DNA from: Candidatus Methylomirabilia bacterium
GTDB taxonomy: Bacteria; Methylomirabilota; Methylomirabilia; Rokubacteriales; CSP1-6
Length of the DNA: 16,441 bases
Reading direction: 5' to 3'
Assembly: GCA_041496385.1 (NCBI GenBank)
Contig: JBGQEL010000091.1
Span: forward strand, 1 to 16,441
The notes under the pieces were generated by a model. That model was given only the letters and a program-made list of their open reading frames with translations. It made no database searches and had not been told where the DNA came from. Each line of letters starts with the position of its first letter. Position 1 is the stretch's first letter. The position numbers and the translations under genes were made by a program. Positions 1 through 6,738 of the stretch are shown in pieces.

Positions 1-1
1 C

Positions 2-532
2 GTGGACGCGCCCAAGCACTTCCTGCCGGGCATGCCCTCGATCGACGAGATGCCCGTGGACCAGTGGGTGGGTGACGCGGCGGTTGTGGACCTCACGCAC
101 CTCGGCGCGAACGCGGCGGTCACGGCGGCCGAGCTGGAGCGCCACGCGGGCCACGTGGGCGCGGGCGACATCGCGCTCCTCCGCACCGACTGGCCGCGGC
201 GCATGAGCGTGGACGACGAGCGCTTCTGGCGCGACGCGCCGTGGACCGCCCGGAGCGCCTGCGAGTGGCTCGTCGCCCGCCGCGTGAAGGCGGTCGGCTA
301 CGACTATCCGCCCGACTACTCGATCCGCACGATGATCTTCGAGCCGGGCACGAAGGTCACCGCCGAGGACTGCACGACCCACCACGTCTTCTTCCCGAAG
401 GGCGTCACGGTGATCGAGTACCTCACCAACCTCCACGAGATCGGCGCCGCGCGCTGCCGCTTCGTGGCCCTGCCGCTCCGGCTCGCCGAGGCCGACGGCT
501 CGCCGGTCCGCGCGATCGCATTGGTGGACTGA
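2..532 (+). CDS. Cyclase family metal-dependent hydrolase (kynurenine formamidase KynB-like), 5'-partial
   Basis: Begins inside the family motif (H)VDAPKHF. Also has GD...LLRT, V(I)EYLTNL and C-terminal ALPL...DGSPVRAIA. The frame is open off the left edge and ends at TGA 530-532. Confidence 0.88.
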   Translation: MDAPKHFLPGMPSIDEMPVDQWVGDAAVVDLTHLGANAAVTAAELERHAGHVGAGDIALLRTDWPRRMSVDDERFWRDAPWTARSACEWLVARRVKAVGYDYPPDYSIRTMIFEPGTKVTAEDCTTHHVFFPKGVTVIEYLTNLHEIGAARCRFVALPLRLAEADGSPVRAIALVD

Positions 533-533
533 C

Positions 534-1166
534 CTGGACGGCAAGTCCACGCTCGTCCTCCTCGTCCGCCACGGCGTGACGCCGACGACGGGCCGCGTCC
601 TGCCCGGGCGTGCGAAGGGCCTGCACCTCTCCGAGGAGGGCCGGCGCCAGGCCGACGCCGTCGCCAAGCGCATCGCCGCCCTGCGGCGCGTCGCCGCCGT
701 CTACGCCTCGCCGCTCGAGCGCGCGCGCGAGACCGCCATGCCGATCGCCCGCGCCTGCGACCGGGCGCTCCGCATCGAGCGCGGGCTCCTCGAGGTCGAC
801 TTCGGCGACTGGACGGGCGAGTCGCTCGCGAAGCTGGCGCGCAAGCCGGAGTGGGCGGCCGTCCAGCGCCATCCGAGCGGCTTCCGTTTTCCGCGCGGCG
901 AGTCGTTCGTCGAGATGCAGGCGCGCATCACCTCCGCGCTGAGCCGCCTCGTGCTGCGGCACCGGGGCCGCGTCGTCGTCGCCGTCTTCCACGCCGACCC
1001 GATCAAGGCCGCGGTCGCCCACGCGCTCGGGATCCACCTCGATCTCTTCCAGCGGCTCGCGATCGCACCCGCCTCCGTGACCGCGATCGTCTATCGCGAC
1101 TACGGTCCCAGCGTGCTGACGGTGAACTCGACGGACGGCGACCTCGGCCGGCTGGTCGGCGGGTGA
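534..1166 (+). CDS. Histidine phosphatase family protein (MSMEG_4193-like putative phosphomutase)
   Basis: In-frame LVLLVRHG at 552-575, upstream of the track's GTG at 576. Also YASPLERARETA, EVDFGDWTG, FPRGES and VFHADPIK. There is no ATG/GTG/TTG in frame between the stop at 411-413 and 576, so the start is inferred at CTG 534, behind GGTGGA (523-528). The product is confident; the start is less so. Confidence 0.85.
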   Translation: MDGKSTLVLLVRHGVTPTTGRVLPGRAKGLHLSEEGRRQADAVAKRIAALRRVAAVYASPLERARETAMPIARACDRALRIERGLLEVDFGDWTGESLAKLARKPEWAAVQRHPSGFRFPRGESFVEMQARITSALSRLVLRHRGRVVVAVFHADPIKAAVAHALGIHLDLFQRLAIAPASVTAIVYRDYGPSVLTVNSTDGDLGRLVGG

Positions 1167-1663
1167 GCCCCTCCTTCGACCTCCAGAACCCGGACCACTT
1201 CACCGCCGGAGCGATCGGGCCGCCGGGTGAGCGCGTCTTCTATCTCCAGGGGCGCGAGGGCCAGGGACTCGTCACGCTCAAGAGCGAGAAGGAGCAGGTG
1301 CGCGCGCTCGCCACCTACCTCGCGGGAATCCTCGACCGCGTCGCCGACACCGGCGCGAAGGCCGGCGATCCCTCGCTGCTGGAACCCGTGGACGCCGCGT
1401 GGACCGTCGCCTCGATCGCGGTCGGCTACGACGAGGCGCGCGGGCGCCTCGTCGTCGTCGCCCACGAGCTGCTGGAGGACGAGGAGGCCGGCGGCGAGGC
1501 CGCCTCCGCGCGCTTCGCCGTCACCCGCGCACAGGCGGCGGCCTTCGTCGAGCGCGCGGAGGCGCTCATGCAGGCGAGCCGCCAGATCTGTCCCGTCTGC
1601 AGCCAGCCCAAGGACCCGGGCGGCCACGTCTGCCCGCGCAGCAATGGCCACGCCGTCCACTGA
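1163..1663 (+). CDS. DUF3090 family protein with C-terminal CPxC...HxC putative Zn-binding motif
   Basis: GTG 1163 overlaps the upstream TGA (GTGA). FTAGAIGPPGERVFYLQ, EKEQV..LA and C-terminal CPVCSQPKDPGGHVCPRSNGH are typical of DUF3090, as is the position between the phosphatase and an SCO1664-like gene. Confidence 0.85.
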   Translation: MSPSFDLQNPDHFTAGAIGPPGERVFYLQGREGQGLVTLKSEKEQVRALATYLAGILDRVADTGAKAGDPSLLEPVDAAWTVASIAVGYDEARGRLVVVAHELLEDEEAGGEAASARFAVTRAQAAAFVERAEALMQASRQICPVCSQPKDPGGHVCPRSNGHAVH

Positions 1664-2345
1664 CCTGCTCGCCCGCGGCGCGGTGACGGTGAAGGGCCGC
1701 ATGCCGTGGAGCAGCAACGCGACCTTCCTGGTGGAGCTCACGCTGGAGGGCGCGACGGGTCTCGCCGTCTACAAGCCCGCGCGCGGCGAGCGGCCGCTCT
1801 GGGACTTCCCGCCCGGCCTCTTCAAGCGCGAGCTCGGCGCCTGGCTCCTCTCGGAGGCGCTCGGCTGGGGGCTCGTGCCGCTCACGCTGGTGCGCGAGGA
1901 CGCGCCGTACGGCACCGGCGCGCTCCAGTGCTTCATCGAGGCCGACTTCGAGCAGCACTACTTCACGCTCGCCCCGGACGCGGCCCACCGCGAGCGGCTC
2001 ATGCGGATCTGCCTCTTCGATCTCATCGCCAACAACGCCGACCGCAAGAGCGGCCACTGCCTGCTCGGCCCGGACGGCCACGTCTACGCGATCGACAACG
2101 GCCTCTGCTTCCACGCCGAGCCCAAGCTCCGCACCGTCATCTGGGAGTTCGCCGGCGAGCCGATCCCCCCGCCGCTCCTGGCGGACGTCCGGCGGCTCGC
2201 GACGAAGGGACTGCCCGGCGTGCTCTCGAAGCTCCTCGCGCCGGCCGAGACCAAGGCGCTCCTCGCGCGCGCGCGGCGGATCGTGCAGGACGGGCGGTTC
2301 CCGGAGGACACGGGCGGCCAGCGCTACCCTTGGCCGCTGGTGTAG
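1644..2345 (+). CDS. SCO1664 family protein (PI3/PI4-kinase-like atypical kinase fold)
   Basis: ATG 1644 overlaps the end of DUF3090 by 20 nt. Motifs SSNATF, VYKP..GERPLWDFP, RE, FDLIANNADRKSGH (catalytic-loop-like), IDNGLCFH (DFG-like), KLRTVIW and C-terminal YPWPLV. Confidence 0.87.
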   Translation: MATPSTDLLARGAVTVKGRMPWSSNATFLVELTLEGATGLAVYKPARGERPLWDFPPGLFKRELGAWLLSEALGWGLVPLTLVREDAPYGTGALQCFIEADFEQHYFTLAPDAAHRERLMRICLFDLIANNADRKSGHCLLGPDGHVYAIDNGLCFHAEPKLRTVIWEFAGEPIPPPLLADVRRLATKGLPGVLSKLLAPAETKALLARARRIVQDGRFPEDTGGQRYPWPLV

Positions 2346-2369
2346 ACGATCGCGCGATGGGCCGCCGGA

Positions 2370-3113
2370 TCAGGGCGCGACGAGACGGGGCAGCAGCTCG
2401 GAGATCGGGCCGCGGAGGACCGCGTCGGCGAGCGCGTCCATCTCCGTCGGCTCGGCGTTGAGGATCACCACGCGCGCGCCGGCCTCCTTCGCGGTCGGCA
2501 CGACCCTCGCGATCGGCCACACCGAGAGCTTGGTGCCGACGGCGAGCATCAGGTCGCAGCGCCGCGCCGCGGCGCCGGCCCGCGCCAGATCCTCCGCCAC
2601 GAGGCCCTGACCGAACGAGATCGTCGCCGACTTGAGGATGCCGCCGCAGGAGCGGCAGGGCGGGTCCTCCTCCCCCGCCCTGACGCGGGCCAGCGCGCGC
2701 TCCATCGGCGCCCGCTCGCCGCAGTCGAGGCAGGTGACCTCGCGCATCGTCCCGTGGATCTCCACCACCTTCCCGGGCGACGAGCCCGCCAGCTGGTGGA
2801 GGCCGTCCACGTTCTGCGTGATGAGCGTGTCGAGCTTGCCGGCGCGCTCGAGCCCGACGAGCGCGCGGTGGCCGTCGTTGGGCCTGGCCGCCCACGTGGG
2901 CGACTCGAGCCGGCTCCGCCAGGAGCGCTTGCGGACCTCCGCGTCGGCGACGTAGTGCTGGAGCGTGGCGAGCTTCTCGGCCTCCGGGTTCTTCGTCCAG
3001 ACGCCGTGCGGCCCACGGAAGTCGGGGATGCCGGAGTCCGTCGAGATTCCCGCGCCGGTAAGCGCCACGATGCGCGCGGCGCCGGTGATCCACACGCGCA
3101 CGGTGTCGATCAC
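2370..3113 (-). CDS. Sir2 family NAD-dependent protein deacylase (CobB-like sirtuin)
   Basis: TGAGISTDSGIPDFRG, ITQNVDGLHQ, EIHG, and Zn ribbon CLDC...CRSC. The GTG start at 3113 overlaps the ptrB stop (GTGA). Confidence 0.93.
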   Translation of the reverse strand: MIDTVRVWITGAARIVALTGAGISTDSGIPDFRGPHGVWTKNPEAEKLATLQHYVADAEVRKRSWRSRLESPTWAARPNDGHRALVGLERAGKLDTLITQNVDGLHQLAGSSPGKVVEIHGTMREVTCLDCGERAPMERALARVRAGEEDPPCRSCGGILKSATISFGQGLVAEDLARAGAAARRCDLMLAVGTKLSVWPIARVVPTAKEAGARVVILNAEPTEMDALADAVLRGPISELLPRLVAP

Positions 3114-5191
3114 GCCGCGCCCCCGGGTTCCGTCCGCTCCACCCTCCCCAGTTTCCGCAGTCTCCCCAGGACCCACGCGTAGTCGAAGGCCAGCTCGCGG
3201 AGCGCGTCGTAGCGCCCCGAGGCGCCGCCGTGGCCGACCTCGAGATTGATCTTGAAGAGGAGCGGCGGGCCGCCGGGCTCGAGCGCGCGGAGCCGGGCGA
3301 CGTACTTGGCGGGCTCCCAGTACATGACCTGGCTGTCGTTGAGCCCCGCGCGGACGAACATCGCCGGGTAGCGGCGCGGCGCCAGGTTCGTGTAGGGGCA
3401 GTAGGTCTTCATGTACTCGTAGTGCTCGCGGATCTTCGGGTTGCCCCACTCCTCGAACTCGCCGACCGTGAGCGGCAGCGACTCGTCGAGCATGGTGTAG
3501 ATCACGTCCACGAACGGCACGCGCAGCACCGCGGCGCCGCAGACCTCCGGCCGGATGTTGAGCACGGTGCCGATGAGCAAGCCTCCCGCGCTGCCGCCCT
3601 CGATGACGAGCCCCTCCGCCGAGGTGTAGCCCTGCGCCGCGAGGAACTCGGCCGCGGCGATGAAGTCGGTGAAGGAGTTGCGCTTGTTCAGCATGCGCCC
3701 GGCGTCGTGCCAGCGCTTGCCCAGCTCCCCGCCCCCGCGCACGTGCGCGATCGCGACGCCGAGACCCCGCTCGAGCAGGCTCAGCCGGCTCGAGGCGAAC
3801 GTGACCGGGTACGGCAGGCCGTAGGCGCCGTAGCCGGCGAGCAGCATGGGGCTCGACCCGTCGCGCGGCGCGTCGGCGCGGCGGACGAGCGAGATCGGCA
3901 CGCGCGTGCCGTCGGGCGCGGTCGCGTGGACGCGCTCCGAACGGTAGCGCAAGGGCTCGTAGCCGCCGAGCACCTCCGTCCGCTTCAGGAGCGTCCGCGC
4001 GCGCGTCGTCACGTCGTAGTCGTAGACCGACGGCGGCGTGATCAGCGACTGGTAGCGGAAGCGGTAGCGGGCCGTCGCGAACTCGAAGTTCGCCTCCGGC
4101 GTGACCTCGTACGTCGGCTCGGGGAACTCGACGTCGTGCGTGGCGCCCGTGGCGAGCAGGGTGACGCGGAGCCGCACGAGTCCCCCCTCGCGCTCCTGGA
4201 GGATATAGTGCGTCGCGAACACGTCCACGCCCTCGAGCATCACCTCCTCGCGGTGCGGGACGACCTCGCGCCAGCGCGCCGGGCCGGGATCCGCGAGCGG
4301 TGCGGTGACGAGGCGGAAGTTGCGCCGCCCAGCGCCGTTGCTCCGGATGTAGAGGACGTCGCCGCCGGGCCCGGCGCCGTGGTCCACGTCGTACTCGTGG
4401 TCCTTCTCGCGCGCCGCGACGAGCGTCCAGGCACCGTCCGGCGTGGCCGCCGGGAGAAACCGCACCTCGGTCGCCGTGTGGCTCCCCGACGCGAGGAACA
4501 CGTACCCGCGGCTGCGCGAGCGCTCGACGTGGAGCCGGAACAGCTCGTCCGGCTCCTCGAAGAGGAGATCGTCGGACGGCGCGCCCAGCCGGTGGCGCCA
4601 GAGCCGGTACGGGCGCTTGGCCGGATCCTCGGTGACGTAGAAGAAGGTCGCGGGATCGGCGGCCCAGGCGACCGCGGCGACCTTCTCGATCCGCTCGGCG
4701 AGCAGCGCGCCCGTCTCGAGGTCCCGCACGTGGAGCGTGTAGTCACGCGCGCCGGTGAAGTCCACCGTGTAGGCCAGGAGCCGCCCGTCGTCGCTCACCG
4801 CGGTCGCGCCGAGCGCGCAGAACGCGTGGCCCTCGGCGAGCGCGTTGAGGTCGAGCGTGACCTGCTCGGGCGCCTCGAGGCGTTCGAGCTTGCGGCAGTA
4901 GATCGGGTACTGCCGGCCCTTCTCGGTGCGCGTGTAGTAGAGGTGGCGATCGCGCCGGAAGGGCACCGTCGTGTCGTCTTCTTTGATCCGGGCGAGCATC
5001 TCCGCGTAGAGCGCCTGCTGGAAGGCCTCGGTCGGCTGCATGACGAGGTCCGTGTAGGCGTTCTCGGCGCGGAGATAGGCGAGGACCTCCGGGTCGTCCC
5101 GCTGGCGCAGCCAGAAGTAGTCGTCCTGCAGGCGCTCGCCGTGCAGGACGTCCACCTTCGGCTTCCGAGGGGCGATCGGAGGCGTGGGCAT
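3110..5191 (-). CDS. ptrB: Oligopeptidase B (S9A prolyl oligopeptidase family)
   Basis: N-terminal PPIA..., DDYFWLR and YLRAENAY; HVRGGGELG; nucleophile GGSAGG; EFEEWGNP; NDSQV.YWEPAK; GHGGASGR. No signal peptide. ATG 5191 is preferred over GTG 5203. Confidence 0.93.
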   Translation of the reverse strand: MPTPPIAPRKPKVDVLHGERLQDDYFWLRQRDDPEVLAYLRAENAYTDLVMQPTEAFQQALYAEMLARIKEDDTTVPFRRDRHLYYTRTEKGRQYPIYCRKLERLEAPEQVTLDLNALAEGHAFCALGATAVSDDGRLLAYTVDFTGARDYTLHVRDLETGALLAERIEKVAAVAWAADPATFFYVTEDPAKRPYRLWRHRLGAPSDDLLFEEPDELFRLHVERSRSRGYVFLASGSHTATEVRFLPAATPDGAWTLVAAREKDHEYDVDHGAGPGGDVLYIRSNGAGRRNFRLVTAPLADPGPARWREVVPHREEVMLEGVDVFATHYILQEREGGLVRLRVTLLATGATHDVEFPEPTYEVTPEANFEFATARYRFRYQSLITPPSVYDYDVTTRARTLLKRTEVLGGYEPLRYRSERVHATAPDGTRVPISLVRRADAPRDGSSPMLLAGYGAYGLPYPVTFASSRLSLLERGLGVAIAHVRGGGELGKRWHDAGRMLNKRNSFTDFIAAAEFLAAQGYTSAEGLVIEGGSAGGLLIGTVLNIRPEVCGAAVLRVPFVDVIYTMLDESLPLTVGEFEEWGNPKIREHYEYMKTYCPYTNLAPRRYPAMFVRAGLNDSQVMYWEPAKYVARLRALEPGGPPLLFKINLEVGHGGASGRYDALRELAFDYAWVLGRLRKLGRVERTEPGGAA

Positions 5192-5203
5192 GGCCAGGCC
5201 CAC

Positions 5204-5209
5204 AGTCTA
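5204..5209 (-). promoter_or_regulatory. Putative -10 element (TAGACT) for the ptrB-sirtuin operon
   Basis: TAnnnT hexamer 12 nt upstream of the ptrB ATG in a short divergent intergenic region. No SD is visible. Confidence 0.4.
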
Positions 5210-5230
5210 CCGCCCGCGTCCAGGCTCTCT

Positions 5231-5258
5231 GGTATGGTAGTATGGCATCGGTATGGTA
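5231..5258 (+). promoter_or_regulatory. Extended -10 promoter (TGGTAGTAT, 5235-5243) overlapped by GTATGG direct repeats; putative antitoxin operator
   Basis: GGTATGGTA at 5231-5239 and 5250-5258, with a third GTATGG at 5240-5245. It is an AT-richer island directly ahead of, and overlapping, the antitoxin ATG (5253). Confidence 0.6.
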
Positions 5259-5537
5259 AAGGTGACGTTCACGCTCGACGACGCGACCGTGGAGCAGCTG
5301 CGGCGCACGGCGCGGCGCCTGGCGAAGCCTCAGAGCCAGGTCGTGCGCGAAGCGGTGAAGGACTACGCCGAGCGCGCCGGGCACCTGAGCGAGGCGGAGC
5401 GGACGCACCTGCTGAAGGTCTTCGACACGCTCGTTCCCGCGATCCCGTCGGGTTCGGCCGCACGCGCCGACGCCGAGTTGCGCGCCGTCAGGCGTGCGCG
5501 GCGCCGCCACGGGCGACGCCCCGGCGCCCGTCGGTGA
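5253..5537 (+). CDS. vapB: Ribbon-helix-helix (CopG-like) antitoxin, VapB-type
   Basis: N-terminal beta strand KVTFTLD followed by helices (..EQLRRTARRL..PQSQVVREAV), the RHH pattern. 94 aa. The stop overlaps the PIN gene start (GTGA). Confidence 0.8.
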   Translation: MVKVTFTLDDATVEQLRRTARRLAKPQSQVVREAVKDYAERAGHLSEAERTHLLKVFDTLVPAIPSGSAARADAELRAVRRARRRHGRRPGARR

Positions 5538-5914
5538 TCCACCTCGACACCTCGGTCGTCATCGACGCCCTGACGGGCCCCCGCCGCTCGGCGAGTCTGC
5601 TCCGGCGCGCGATCGAGCGGGGACGGCGTGTCACGTTGAGCGCGCTGGTCCTCTACGAGTGGCGCCGCGGCCCGCGTCGTTCGGAGGAAGTGGCCGCCCA
5701 GGAAGCGCTGTTCCCGAGCGCGGCGGCGGTCCCCTTCGGTCCCGATGAGGCGGCACTGGCCGCCCGTCTCTACGGCACCGTGCGTCGGGCGCGCGGCCGG
5801 GAGATCGACCTCGCCATCGCCGCCTGCGCGCTCGCCCACGGCGCGGGCTTCTGGACCCTCAACCCACAGGACTTCCGGGACGTCCCCGACCTCACGCTCT
5901 TCGTTCCGGACTGA
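5534..5914 (+). CDS. vapC: PIN-domain ribonuclease toxin, VapC family
   Basis: IHLDTSVVID, VLYEW, IDLAIAACAL and WTLNPQDF carry the conserved PIN acidic residues. 126 aa from GTG 5534. Confidence 0.9.
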   Translation: MIHLDTSVVIDALTGPRRSASLLRRAIERGRRVTLSALVLYEWRRGPRRSEEVAAQEALFPSAAAVPFGPDEAALAARLYGTVRRARGREIDLAIAACALAHGAGFWTLNPQDFRDVPDLTLFVPD

Positions 5915-5955
5915 TCGCGGAACGCCCGCGCGGCCGGCCGGCGCCCGCGAAACCG

Positions 5956-6660
5956 TCAGCAGCCGAGCTTGGCGGCCAGATCCACGAAGTCGCGCGCGAC
6001 GACGTCCCACGCCCGTGCGGGCGCGACGTCCGTCGCCTGGCGGGGCCCGTGCTCGGCCGGCCGCGGCACGAAGGCGGTGCGGAAGCCCTGCGCGCTCGCG
6101 GCGGCCAGATCGCCGTTGTGCGCGGCGACCATCATGCACTCCCCCGGCGCGAGGCCGAGCAGCGCGGCGGTCGTCAGGTACGCCTCGGGCTTGGGCTTGT
6201 AGTGGCGCGCCACCTCCGCGCCGAGGACGGCGTCCCACGGGAGCCCCGCGTGCTTGGCCATGTTCACGATCAGCGCGACGTTGCCGTTGGAGAGCGTGGC
6301 GAGGACGTGCTTGGTCCGGAGCCGCGTGAGGCCGGGCACGGCGTCGGGCCACGGATCGAGGCGATGCCAGGCGCGGTTCAGGTGGTCGATCTCGGCTTCC
6401 GACAGCCCCGCGATCTTGAACTCGACGAGAAGCTTGTCGAGACTCTCGCGGTGCAGGTCGTCGAGCTTCGTCCAGGGCCGGCGGCCGCTCCGCACCTCGT
6501 CCATCGCGGGCTGATAGAGACCGCGCCAGGCGTCCGCGAACCGCGCCCAGTCCACGGCGAGCCCCTTGGCCCGCCCGAGCGCCTCGCCCTCTCGAACGAG
6601 GCTCGATCGCCAGTCCACGACCGTCCCGAAGACATCGAACGTGAGCGCCTTGACGTTCAT
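5956..6660 (-). CDS. Haloacid dehalogenase type II (HAD superfamily)
   Basis: FDVFGTVVDW (motif I), LSNGN, YKP and VAAHNGDL. Start at ATG 6660 (MNVKALTF). Confidence 0.92.
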   Translation of the reverse strand: MNVKALTFDVFGTVVDWRSSLVREGEALGRAKGLAVDWARFADAWRGLYQPAMDEVRSGRRPWTKLDDLHRESLDKLLVEFKIAGLSEAEIDHLNRAWHRLDPWPDAVPGLTRLRTKHVLATLSNGNVALIVNMAKHAGLPWDAVLGAEVARHYKPKPEAYLTTAALLGLAPGECMMVAAHNGDLAAASAQGFRTAFVPRPAEHGPRQATDVAPARAWDVVARDFVDLAAKLGC

Positions 6661-6666
6661 AATGCA

Positions 6667-6738
6667 CATATCTACCACGGCAACCTCGTCGGCTTCATCG
6701 ACAACTCGAAGGGCGGCATGCCGGGCCAGCGTGCCTGA
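6667..6738 (+). pseudogene. Orphan 3'-terminal gene fragment (...HIYHGNLVGFIDNSKGGMPGQRA*)
   Basis: 20 consecutive G/C-ending codons (6670-6729) with AT-rich first and second positions. The TGA overlaps the Fpg start (GTGCCTGA), as an operon partner's would. No plausible start upstream of the fragment. Confidence 0.5.

Noticed and set aside
851..1643. Upstream extensions of ORFs 851..1663 and 1227..2345
   Set aside because: They are out-of-frame overlaps with the preceding genes. Family similarity begins at GTG 1163 and ATG 1644.
2346..2369. ATCGCGCGAT palindrome between convergent genes
   Set aside because: It is too short and has no U-tract, so it cannot be supported as a terminator.
2370..3113. 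Sirtuin as an anti-phage NADase (ThsA/DSR/SIR2-pAgo type)
   Set aside because: It is a standalone ~247-aa canonical Zn-ribbon deacylase with no defence partner domains or genes.
3230..5533. Long N-terminal part of the 894-aa plus-strand ORF 3230..5914
   Set aside because: It is antisense to ptrB. Only the last 126 aa (from GTG 5534) form the real PIN domain, so it is not a fusion.
5915..5955. CGGCCGGCCG palindrome and CGCCCGCG direct repeat between vapC and HAD, as a terminator or insertion scar
   Set aside because: These are all-GC motifs expected by chance, with no U-tract and no matching repeat on the other side of the TA pair.
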